The position numbers and the translations under genes are program-made. Under the pieces are notes generated by a model. It made no database searches. It was not told the origin of the DNA and saw only the letters and a list, made by a program, of their open reading frames with translations. A DNA stretch of 64,000 bases from a virus (Duplodnaviria > Caudoviricetes), in the IMG/VR virus record IMGVR_UViG_2602042090_000006, positions 1 through 64,000 of that record. One strand, written 5' to 3'. The first letter of the stretch is position 1. The number at the start of each line of letters is the position of its first letter. Shown here piece by piece: positions 17,361-25,701 of the stretch.

Positions 17361-17774
17361 TCAGTTTTTTAGGCGGGCCTTGTCGAGCGTAACGGCGTCC
17401 TGGTACGCCTTCACGATCGCCACTCTGACCCGCTCATGTGCCCAGACGGCCGTAAAGGTCTCCGGGCTGAACGCCAGCGGTTCGCCGTTCTCGTCGGCAA
17501 TCTTGCGCCAGTCCCGCACCAGCCGGCGTGCTGCCGCCTCGTCGTGGTCAGCAACGCGGGCCATGATCTCGACCATCTCGGCATCTGTCGTCTCGGCGTT
17601 GATCTCCGCAAGGATGGCTGCACGCTCGCGGGCCGAGTTCCGGTTGATCTCTTCGGGCAGTAGCTCGAACTGGATCTCGAACGTATGCTCGACGGTTTTC
17701 CCCATCCGGTTCGCGTCGGGTTCCGTGACCTTGACCGGCCACCAGAAGGCGAGGTTTTCGACGAGCTTGAACAT
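17361..17774 (-). CDS. Tail assembly chaperone (gpG analogue)
   Basis: Between tail tube and TMP genes; ends in a slippery sequence. Confidence 0.85.
   Translation of the reverse strand: MFKLVENLAFWWPVKVTEPDANRMGKTVEHTFEIQFELLPEEINRNSARERAAILAEINAETTDAEMVEIMARVADHDEAAARRLVRDWRKIADENGEPLAFSPETFTAVWAHERVRVAIVKAYQDAVTLDKARLKN
17364..17370 (-). other. Programmed -1 frameshift slippery site A AAA AAC
   Basis: CTA AAA AAC TGA ends the chaperone ORF; the -1 frame continues LTDAAVAW... into the next ORF. Confidence 0.85.
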
Positions 17775-17841
17775 GCGGGCGTCTTTCTGAACGTTGCCCC
17801 GAAAGGGCTTTGAAGGGAGTTTGCAGGCGGGCTGCCGGCCG

Positions 17842-18771
17842 TCACATGACGGTCAGCAGGAACTCGTCATTGCCGGCGACCGGCGTTGCCATCAGCGGCA
17901 GGGTGTTGTTGATCCGCTTGCGCGTCTCGCCGTACTTCGGCCGGCCGATCTGGACGGCCTGCATGCCGAACTTGACGATGTTGCCACCCTGCTTCCCATG
18001 CTGGGCCGCAAGGATGCCGAGATCGCCGGCTTCGGACTTGGCAAACCAGTTGACCGCAGAAAGCGCATCGGCACGCATGATCGCCGACCCGGTCATCATG
18101 CGATCGACATGCTCGATGGCTTCCTCGTTGATCAGAAAGTCCGGCTCGATCTGGTTGCCGATGTCGAACGTGATGCCTTCGGTACCGCCGGCATAACCGT
18201 GCAGCGAAAAGGTCGTGTTCGCCTTGTTGACGGGAACCGCCTTCTTGAATGCCGTCGTTGTCAGGGTCGGCAGGGCGGCATCCGAGACCACACCCAGAAG
18301 ACCGGTCAGGACGAACCGGAAGCGGGGAATGGCGAGCGGCGCCATGTTGAGCGTCCACGTCCCGCGCGCACCGAGCAGGATGTGCTGGACGCCGTCGCCA
18401 TTCCAGCGCACCGACACGCTTTCCTGCGCCTTGGAGATCGGATTGTACTGAACATCGGTCGTGGCCGTGATGACCTCGCGCATGGCGCAGGCCCGCATCA
18501 GCACGCCCCAAGGCGGCGGGGTTCCGGGCGTGCCGGATCCTGCCACTTCCACTTCGCCGGAGAGCGTGCCGTAGGTTCCAACCAGCGTAACGCCCTGGTG
18601 GCCCATGTAGGGAAGGACGAGGTCGCGGCTGACCTCCTGACCGGCAGACGGATCGAAGTCCACATCGGTCATGACCATTGCGTTAGCCGCGCCGGTCGGA
18701 ATGCTGTCCTCGCCGTAGATAGTCTCGGACTTGACGAGGATGGCGCGGTTTCGCCAGTAGCGCTTTGCCAT
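17842..18771 (-). CDS. Major tail tube protein
   Basis: 309 aa, beta-rich; upstream of chaperones and TMP; no sheath gene present. Confidence 0.85.
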   Translation of the reverse strand: MAKRYWRNRAILVKSETIYGEDSIPTGAANAMVMTDVDFDPSAGQEVSRDLVLPYMGHQGVTLVGTYGTLSGEVEVAGSGTPGTPPPWGVLMRACAMREVITATTDVQYNPISKAQESVSVRWNGDGVQHILLGARGTWTLNMAPLAIPRFRFVLTGLLGVVSDAALPTLTTTAFKKAVPVNKANTTFSLHGYAGGTEGITFDIGNQIEPDFLINEEAIEHVDRMMTGSAIMRADALSAVNWFAKSEAGDLGILAAQHGKQGGNIVKFGMQAVQIGRPKYGETRKRINNTLPLMATPVAGNDEFLLTVM

Positions 18772-18773
18772 GG

Positions 18774-19007
18774 TCAGGAGTTCCTCTTCCGCGTGGTGGG
18801 CGCGGCTTCGTCAGATGTGACGGCCGGTGTTTCTTCGATCGCCGGCGCATCGCTCGTGGCGACGGCCGGCGCCGTCTGCTCGGGTGCAGCTGTCGCGGCG
18901 TCCGCCTCGGGCGCGGCGGGCTTCGGCTCTTCCGTGCGGCTGACGAGCTGCAACGAGCCATCGGGTTGGCGGACGTAGCTGCCGCCGCCTTCATGATCGG
19001 TCATCAT
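18774..19007 (-). CDS. Small hypothetical protein (GGSY motif, acidic Pro/Ala tail)
   Basis: Coupled start; conserved in copy 2. Confidence 0.7.
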   Translation of the reverse strand: MMTDHEGGGSYVRQPDGSLQLVSRTEEPKPAAPEADAATAAPEQTAPAVATSDAPAIEETPAVTSDEAAPTTRKRNS

Positions 19008-19429
19008 TCGGTCTCCAGGTAGCGGCTCGTCTGCCACGTCTGCACATAGACGGTGACACCGTTGCCAAGCGGCGCGGCCTGTGCCGACACCAGTTCGAAA
19101 AGGTCGCCTCGGGGATCGACCGACCAGCCAGCAAGCGCCTGCTCGATCGCGCCCTTCATCGTGTCGAAGTCGAGCGCACGTTGCGCGCCCTGGACGTCAG
19201 CATGCCGGCGCAGGACGAGCGCCACGAGGATCTGCGCGTGCACGAGCTGCTCGAAGCCACCCATCGCCAGCGTGTTAGGCTCGGCCTGCTCGCGGTAAGG
19301 GATGACGAAGACGGTCCCGTTCTTTGGAGCCGTCCCTGCGCTGATCGAGGCAAGATCCTCGACCGGCAGCACGTCGGAAACCGCCGTGCCTAGCTCGCTC
19401 TTCAAACGGGTGATGACGGCCGCGATCAA
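19004..19429 (-). CDS. Tail terminator/completion protein (Mu gp37-like)
   Basis: Size and position after the gp36-like gene. Confidence 0.7.
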   Translation of the reverse strand: MIAAVITRLKSELGTAVSDVLPVEDLASISAGTAPKNGTVFVIPYREQAEPNTLAMGGFEQLVHAQILVALVLRRHADVQGAQRALDFDTMKGAIEQALAGWSVDPRGDLFELVSAQAAPLGNGVTVYVQTWQTSRYLETE

Positions 19430-19851
19430 AGCCAGCCCTCCATCTTCTCGCGGGAGAAGACGGGTTCGGGCCCATCGACCCGGATGCCGTCCGAGGTGGA
19501 TTGCGCCGGCGCGATGCCGTCAGCGCCGGGAAGAGCGATCAGGCCGCGTGCCGCCTGCTGAAGAGCCGCCATCGCATCCTTGTAATCCCGCACCACGTAG
19601 TCGGGCGGACCGTTGCGATGCAGATGGTAGCGCGCGATCGAGACCGCCCAGGTGGACACGATGGCCGCAACGCTCGACAGCGGCAGGCGGAAGCGAACGG
19701 CCAGATAGCCGTTCACCGCGTTGTCGGCATGGGTGAGCGACGCCTCGACGACATCGGGATCCGCAGCGCCGTCCCCGTCGCGATCCGCGACCTGAAGGAT
19801 TTCATCCAGGCCGGCGCGTTCGATCAGATCTTCGAGCGAGGCGTAGTGCAT
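19426..19851 (-). CDS. Head-tail adaptor, Mu gp36/DUF1320 family
   Basis: YASLEDL...GYLAVRFRLPL...IARYHL...DYKDA pattern. Confidence 0.88.
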   Translation of the reverse strand: MHYASLEDLIERAGLDEILQVADRDGDGAADPDVVEASLTHADNAVNGYLAVRFRLPLSSVAAIVSTWAVSIARYHLHRNGPPDYVVRDYKDAMAALQQAARGLIALPGADGIAPAQSTSDGIRVDGPEPVFSREKMEGWL

Positions 19852-20717
19852 CAGACTTCGAAGCCCTCGTCCCACGTGGAGGCGATCGCCAGCGTGTCGA
19901 GCAGCTCGGCGTGCTCTCCGATAGTCAGGTCGATCGTGTCGCCGATGTCCTTCAGCACGTTGTTCTGCCGGGTGCGGCCGGTGAGAATGAACCGGCGCTT
20001 CTCGTGGGTGTAGGCGGGACGAGCGCCCTCGACATCGGCAATGCGCGCAACGCGCAGCGCACTGATCTGGGTCTGAAGCTCGGAGGCCATCTTGACCAGA
20101 TCACCGACGATCTCAGCCGGATCGTCCATCGGATGCCAGCCCTGCAGCGGACCGAGGCCGGCGTGCGTGTCGATGGCGCGCAGGAGCGAAAGGCCGACCG
20201 TGGCCTTGTCGATCAGATCGTCAATGTCCGTGCAGCCCGTCATGTCGAGCGCATATTTCAGGGCGCGCAGATCCAGCGCCTCGTTGCTGGTCGCAACCGG
20301 GTCGGCCGCACCCGCGACCAGGACAGCCGTTCCGCCGTCGGTCCCCTGCGGGATGTCCACGACGGCCCCGTCCATGGGACGCGCGGTGACGCCGCCTGCG
20401 AGCAGCGCTGGAACCGAGGCGCTCGCCACGATCCCACCGGCTTGGATTTTGGACGCCGTGATCGCGTTCGAGGCGAGCTGATCGGCGGTGACCGTCCCAT
20501 CTCCGATTTCACTGGCGGTGACGGCCTCCGCTGGGAAACCGCCTATGCTCCCGGTCTGGATGTTCGAGCCATCGATAACGGTCCCGTCCGGCCCGTTCAT
20601 GCCGGACGGGTCGGATGCTGCCACGGGAGGAGTGGCGGCATCCAGCGCCGTGCCCAGGACGTCGGTCCCGGTTTCTTCTGCGATCGGCGCGCTGGATGAT
20701 GTGATCTTCTTGGCCAT
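19851..20717 (-). CDS. Hypothetical protein containing tail-fibre-type linker repeats
   Basis: 288-aa ORF with an SD (GAAGGG); contains AVTASEIGDGTVTADQLASNAITASKIQAG. Confidence 0.7.
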   Translation of the reverse strand: MAKKITSSSAPIAEETGTDVLGTALDAATPPVAASDPSGMNGPDGTVIDGSNIQTGSIGGFPAEAVTASEIGDGTVTADQLASNAITASKIQAGGIVASASVPALLAGGVTARPMDGAVVDIPQGTDGGTAVLVAGAADPVATSNEALDLRALKYALDMTGCTDIDDLIDKATVGLSLLRAIDTHAGLGPLQGWHPMDDPAEIVGDLVKMASELQTQISALRVARIADVEGARPAYTHEKRRFILTGRTRQNNVLKDIGDTIDLTIGEHAELLDTLAIASTWDEGFEV

Positions 20718-20822
20718 GAACGGTTTCCCTTCGAGCTTTCGGAAAGGAACCGGCCATCCGGTCCCTTTCGAAAAGCTCCGGCCGATTGCGCGGCCGGAGT
20801 TCAGTCATTCCCGCCGCCCGCC

Positions 20823-21074
20823 TTAGCGAGCGGTCAGGCTGAGACCATGCGTGCGGTAGCTGTGGCGGTAGACGGGCTTCAGGGCATCGATGACGAGGAA
20901 CACGACGACGCCGAAGATCGGGGCCATCACGATGAGCGCGGCGGCCGAGGGCGTGTCCCGCAAAAACGTCATGGCAAGCTTGATGACCGGATAGGCGACG
21001 TAGACAGCTGCGCTGACGATGGCGAAAACCACGGCGCCGATGACGGAAAAGCTGGATCGGAGACAATATTTCAT
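20823..21074 (-). CDS. Small two-helix membrane protein
   Basis: Two hydrophobic segments; SD GAAGGGA before the ATG at 21074. Confidence 0.6.
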   Translation of the reverse strand: MKYCLRSSFSVIGAVVFAIVSAAVYVAYPVIKLAMTFLRDTPSAAALIVMAPIFGVVVFLVIDALKPVYRHSYRTHGLSLTAR

Positions 21075-21151
21075 GCTGGTCCCTTCGGGCGTTATCCTCC
21101 GGCCGGCTGGCCGAAGGGAGAGCGTGGCCTGACGGTCAGGCCGAGGCCAAC

Positions 21152-22087
21152 TCAGGCGGCGACATTCTGGAAGAAGTAGCCAAGCTCCGGAGCCGACACG
21201 ACTTCGGCAACGCTTTCGCCGGAGCGCACACGGCGCGATCCGCGAAGGCCGATCTTCGGCTCGTCCATCGAGCCGGCAACGCGGTTGCCGAACTGAGCCG
21301 TCCAGCCCCATGTCGGCACTTCGCCCATGCTCGACACGATCTTCTCGCGACGGATCAGGGCGCAATGCTTGCCCCAGAGGCGGTAGCGCACTGCCGGCTG
21401 GCCCGGACGAGCTGCATTGGCAAATCCGGAGCCGACGACGATGTCATCAAGTTCGAGGAGATCGGCGACAGCACGCTTGTCGGCGAGACCATCGGCAACG
21501 CCGGATGTCGTGAGTGCCCGCAGAACGTTCGGGTTCTGGCGCATCTGCGACCAAGCCAGCCGGCCCATGACAGCAACGTTCGCACGCATGACCATGCTGT
21601 CGAGCGCATCCGTGACGGCGCGGATCGGCTTGCTGTCAGCGTGGCTCCACTGAGAAGCGCCGGTCAGAACCTCGCGGTTTGCGAGCGGATAGGTCAGCGG
21701 GTTGAACGTCTTGTCGGCAACGCGCTTCTCGCGATCCAGCTCGACGATGTTGGTCAGCTGCTGGACGGCGAAAGCTTCCGGGTCGTAACCGGCCGGCGCC
21801 TGCATGATGTCGGCGATCGGAATGATGGCGTCCTGGCCGTAGTCGGCCGTGGCGGCCGTCACTTCCGTGCCGCCGAACTCCATGATGTTCGGCTCGGACT
21901 TACGGCCGACCTTGGTGTCAGGGATCGTGATCGTCTGGTCGAAGCCGAAGACCATGTACTTAAAGGTCTCAGCCGTCAGACGCGGCTCGAGGCGAGGCAT
22001 GACCTGATCGGCGATCAGTTCCCCATTCTTGAAGGCAACGGCGATGCCGGTCAGAACCGGATCGACGGGAAACGGCTGTCCAGCCAT
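21152..22087 (-). CDS. Major capsid protein
   Basis: 311 aa following the protease and cement genes; PFPVDPVLTGIA start typical of this capsid family. Confidence 0.88.
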   Translation of the reverse strand: MAGQPFPVDPVLTGIAVAFKNGELIADQVMPRLEPRLTAETFKYMVFGFDQTITIPDTKVGRKSEPNIMEFGGTEVTAATADYGQDAIIPIADIMQAPAGYDPEAFAVQQLTNIVELDREKRVADKTFNPLTYPLANREVLTGASQWSHADSKPIRAVTDALDSMVMRANVAVMGRLAWSQMRQNPNVLRALTTSGVADGLADKRAVADLLELDDIVVGSGFANAARPGQPAVRYRLWGKHCALIRREKIVSSMGEVPTWGWTAQFGNRVAGSMDEPKIGLRGSRRVRSGESVAEVVSAPELGYFFQNVAA

Positions 22088-22120
22088 ACGTAAGTGCTCC
22101 TGCGGGTGTCGATCCGGGCC

Positions 22121-22492
22121 TTAGCCCTGGATGCGATGGGGGTTGATGAAGGCCTTGGCGATGTCGCCAGCAACGCCGCTTGTAAGGACGCGACCGACGA
22201 TGAAGTGGTTGACGCCCGCGCCGGGTGCGGCGGCAACGGCCTTGCCACTAGCGTCTGCCGTGATGCCGGCGCCGGGTGCGACCGTGCCGCCGACGACGAC
22301 TTCGGCCGGGCCGAACAGCACGACATCGACGCGCTGGCCGATCTTGGCGCCGTTCGGGTAATCGACGACGCCGGCGATCACGTCGGTTGGCGCCGTCGCC
22401 AGCGCGACCTCGCCATCGTTGGCGGTGAACTTGACCTGGGCGCGATGGGCAAGATCGGTCGAGGCGATGAAGGCTTTGATGAACGGGTTCAT
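22121..22492 (-). CDS. Capsid cement/decoration protein (DUF2190-like)
   Basis: Small Gly/Ala/Val-rich protein between the protease and capsid genes. Confidence 0.75.
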   Translation of the reverse strand: MNPFIKAFIASTDLAHRAQVKFTANDGEVALATAPTDVIAGVVDYPNGAKIGQRVDVVLFGPAEVVVGGTVAPGAGITADASGKAVAAAPGAGVNHFIVGRVLTSGVAGDIAKAFINPHRIQG

Positions 22493-22502
22493 GCGGCGGT
22501 CC

Positions 22503-23618
22503 TCAGCGGCGGTTCTTCAGGCGCATCGCAGCCGTGGCGGGATCGATGTCCTCGCCGCGTTCCTTCGCAGCCTTGATTTCGGTCTGGATCGCGATGGCGA
22601 CCTGATTGCTGTCCGAAAAGTCCGGACCATTGCCGTTCGCCAGTTCCGTTGTTTCGACGGGCACGGGCAGCTTTTCGAGCAACTCGCGGAAGGCGCCGCG
22701 CGGCGATGTCGTCTTCTGAGCGCCGGCTTCCGAAAAGGTCAGCACGTCGTCGGACATTTCCGAGAACAGCGCGATCGCGGTGTCCTTCAGCCCGATCGGC
22801 AGACGGCCGGCTGCGATGACACCTTCGACGAACGCGCTGTCAGCCGCAGCCTGGGCCTTGGTGTTGGCCTCGGAGAAGGTCGTTTCGCGCGCCTTGATGG
22901 CGGCCTCACGAGCGTCGAGTTCGGCAAGCCGCTCGGCCTCCGTCTTCTGGACGTTGGTCATGGAAAGATCCTTGGTGGTTTCAGAGAAGGTCGGCCGCAC
23001 CTCTTCCTCGCGCGCTTCAGCACGCATGGAGGCGGCGTTTTCGTTGATCTGGTCGATCTCGTATTGCGGGATGATCCGATCGGCGGTCGCGATGTCGGCC
23101 GTCTCGATGAAGTAGTCGCGCATGCCCCGGAAGAGCCGGCCGATGCTGTCCATCGTCCAGGCGGTGCGCCAAGGCGTCTCGGCAAACTCCAGCACGAGAT
23201 CCGTCGCTTCCGCGAACTCGATGCCGGCCAGACCTTTGACGGCCGGTGGCTCGGCGCCGAGGAAGCCGACATGACGAAGATGGTAGGAGCCCGGCGTCGG
23301 GTTGCCGGGTGCGGCCGGATCGTAGAGCGCAGCCGACACCTTCAGGAACTTGCCGTCTCGCACCATCTCGGAAAAGGACGGGTCGAGGCGATCGGGTTCG
23401 GCGACGAGGCGTCCGTCTTTCACCGACAGCGCCTTCACCCAGCCGAAAGCCGGCGCGTTCGTCTTCGGATGACCGACAACGATCGGCGCCTGATGGTTGG
23501 CCGGATCGTAAGAGGAGGCGATCGCCGCAACATCGGCGTCGGAGAAGGTGATCGCCTTCCCCTGCGTCGAAACATGGCTGCCGGTTTTGAAGATTTCGAA
23601 CGGTTTCATGCCCGGCAT
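22503..23618 (-). CDS. Mu gpI-like prohead protease/scaffold
   Basis: APIVVGHP...AFGWV...LRHVGFLGAEPPAVKGL motifs. Confidence 0.88.
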   Translation of the reverse strand: MPGMKPFEIFKTGSHVSTQGKAITFSDADVAAIASSYDPANHQAPIVVGHPKTNAPAFGWVKALSVKDGRLVAEPDRLDPSFSEMVRDGKFLKVSAALYDPAAPGNPTPGSYHLRHVGFLGAEPPAVKGLAGIEFAEATDLVLEFAETPWRTAWTMDSIGRLFRGMRDYFIETADIATADRIIPQYEIDQINENAASMRAEAREEEVRPTFSETTKDLSMTNVQKTEAERLAELDAREAAIKARETTFSEANTKAQAAADSAFVEGVIAAGRLPIGLKDTAIALFSEMSDDVLTFSEAGAQKTTSPRGAFRELLEKLPVPVETTELANGNGPDFSDSNQVAIAIQTEIKAAKERGEDIDPATAAMRLKNRR

Positions 23619-23649
23619 CTAAGCCAAGGCGTGCCCCGCCGTCGGGACC

Positions 23650-23660
23650 GCGAAATCGCA
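23650..23660. promoter_or_regulatory. Candidate late-activator (Mor/C) binding site upstream of gpI
   Basis: GCGAAATCGCA, shared with 31764..31774 upstream of the lysin gene. Confidence 0.55.
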
Positions 23661-23835
23661 CACCGAGGAACAAAGGCTGGAAATCGGGACGGGAGGGCGG
23701 CAGCGCATGCCGGACACGATCTTCAGATCGTTTTCAAAGCCGTTTCAAAGCCCTCTGGCGCGTTTGAACAGCCTGTGCGCCATCACCGGGCCTTAAAGCG
23801 CACCATTGGCCTCCTGAGGCCGTTTTGCAAGCACG

Positions 23836-24336
23836 CTATTTCTGCTCGATCGCATCGACGAAGTGATCCTTGACGATATCGAGGATAGCCGTAATCGACG
23901 CCTCGTTGAACCCGAGGAATTGCCGCTTGGGGATTTTCACGCTCTGAACCTTGAACGTCTGTCCGCCCATCGAGAACACCAGCGCCTCGGCTGTCTTCGG
24001 TCGGATCGTTCCGCCCTCATTGTGAATCCGCGCATAGACTTCGTTCGAGCCGATCTCGACGCCGTCGCCGGCGAGCTGCCACACGATCTGGGAAAGGCTG
24101 CGCGTCTCACCCCGCAGGATGCCTGGGCCCTTCTTCGTCTTGGCATAGAGCGGATTGAGCGCGACCCACGGCGCGCCGTTCGGATCCTTCTGGTCGATGA
24201 AGCGGCGCCGAGTGACCTTGGCTTCGAACTCGCCGATGTTCTTCAGCACAGGCTTGATGTTGCCCGCCGCTGCAAGCAGCCGTGCCAGCGCATCATTGAT
24301 GGAGGCATCGTCGATCGTGATAGTCGCAGCGGTCAT
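23836..24336 (-). CDS. Mu gpG-like virion morphogenesis protein
   Basis: DPNGAPW...IGSNEVYARIHNEGG...IPKRQFLG motifs. Confidence 0.9.
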   Translation of the reverse strand: MTAATITIDDASINDALARLLAAAGNIKPVLKNIGEFEAKVTRRRFIDQKDPNGAPWVALNPLYAKTKKGPGILRGETRSLSQIVWQLAGDGVEIGSNEVYARIHNEGGTIRPKTAEALVFSMGGQTFKVQSVKIPKRQFLGFNEASITAILDIVKDHFVDAIEQK

Positions 24337-24383
24337 TGCGTCGTCCCGTTGTTCTGCTCGGCTGCCAGTGCTATATTCTGGCT

Positions 24384-24456
24384 GTTGGTTGATCGAGGCG
24401 CCGGAGCCCTCCGTAGATCATCTGACGCAAAGCGCGCCCCGGCAGGCGCGCTTTTT
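24384..24456 (+). ncRNA. Predicted ~73-nt small RNA convergent with muF
   Basis: TTGTTC-N17-TATATT promoter (24349..24377), a stem-loop, then an intrinsic terminator. Confidence 0.55.
24429..24456 (+). terminator. Intrinsic terminator
   Basis: AAAGCGCGCC-ccggca-GGCGCGCTTT followed by a T run. Confidence 0.75.
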
Positions 24457-25701
24457 CTATTCAGCCCGTCGAAACAGAAGCGCACCACGCCGGTAATTCT
24501 GAAGGTAATCGTCCTTCGTATCGAAGCCGGTCACGGCCACCCAGCCCCTGTTGGTCCATTCGAAACGCACGAACAAGGCGCGGCCATCGGGCAGGATGAT
24601 CCGCTTCAGGTAGGCACGGCGCAAGACCACGCCACTTCTCATGGTCGCCCAATCCACCCAGATCTCGTCTGGCGCGATGATGGTATCGGCCAGCAGCTTG
24701 GCGTACTGGCCTCGGCCGCGTTTGTCGCTCTTCAGGCCGACGACGGTCCCGTCCGGCATGCGCTGCTCGAACAGGGACCGGCTGATGGTGATGAGCCCTC
24801 CGGACTTGTCGCGGAACGGGCCTTCGTCCTTCTTCAGGTTGAACCGCTTCAGGAAGCCCTCGACATAGGCTTTCGGCTCAAGCCCCTCCGGCATCAGGTC
24901 GCGGCTCTTGGCGGCGGTCGGCTCCGGGAGATCCGGCAGGTTGACCGGCGCCGGCGTATCCGGCCGATACGCTGGCAGCGGCTCTCGCAGCTCGGTTGGC
25001 ACAACACCGTCGAGCCACTCCTTGCCGACGTTGTATTCCCAGCCGCGATCGATGCCGCCGATCCGCTCTTCCTTCTCCCCGGTGCGAGGATCGATACCGT
25101 CATACCTGACCAGCTCGGGCGACTCGTCCGGCGCATCCTTGCCGAGCGCTTGCATCTCGCGTCGGGACAGAGCCTCGACATCGCAACCGCATCCCCAGCC
25201 ATTCGGCGGGTAGATGCGGTCCCAGATCGGATCGGTTGCGGCCCAGACCTTGCCGTCCCAGGCAAGGTGCTGAAGACGCGGATGCAGCGCGCCGGAATGG
25301 ACGTACTGCCAGTAGGGCCGATACTTCAGGACATCGGGATCTGTGAGCTGCTTATAGCGCCCGGCCATATAGCTGGTGCGCATGTTTGTCGTGTAGATGA
25401 TCCGCGCGCGCCATGCGCGCCGCTCGCCATCCGTCGATCCACGCGCATTAAAGAGCCAGCCCGTGCGATCGACGATGGCGTCAAAGTCCTTTTGAAACTC
25501 TTTGAAGCCCGTTCCCTGGACACGCGCTTTCTCGATCGCCGCCCGGAAATCTCCCAGCATGTCATCCCGCGTGACGCCGGCGACAGAAAAGCCGCGGACA
25601 TGGGCTCCATGCTTCAGATCGTCATAGCGCCTGGTGGGCAGGTTGACCTTGCCGGCGACGAAGTCGATTGCCTCCTGAAACGGGATCTGCTCACCGGCCA
25701 T
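24457..25701 (-). CDS. MuF (gp30) head morphogenesis protein with a C-terminal PBECR2-like nuclease extension
   Basis: HLAWDG...PPNGWGCGC MuF motif; C-terminal LLADTIIAPDEIW...RRAYLK domain. Confidence 0.85.
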   Translation of the reverse strand: MAGEQIPFQEAIDFVAGKVNLPTRRYDDLKHGAHVRGFSVAGVTRDDMLGDFRAAIEKARVQGTGFKEFQKDFDAIVDRTGWLFNARGSTDGERRAWRARIIYTTNMRTSYMAGRYKQLTDPDVLKYRPYWQYVHSGALHPRLQHLAWDGKVWAATDPIWDRIYPPNGWGCGCDVEALSRREMQALGKDAPDESPELVRYDGIDPRTGEKEERIGGIDRGWEYNVGKEWLDGVVPTELREPLPAYRPDTPAPVNLPDLPEPTAAKSRDLMPEGLEPKAYVEGFLKRFNLKKDEGPFRDKSGGLITISRSLFEQRMPDGTVVGLKSDKRGRGQYAKLLADTIIAPDEIWVDWATMRSGVVLRRAYLKRIILPDGRALFVRFEWTNRGWVAVTGFDTKDDYLQNYRRGALLFRRAE

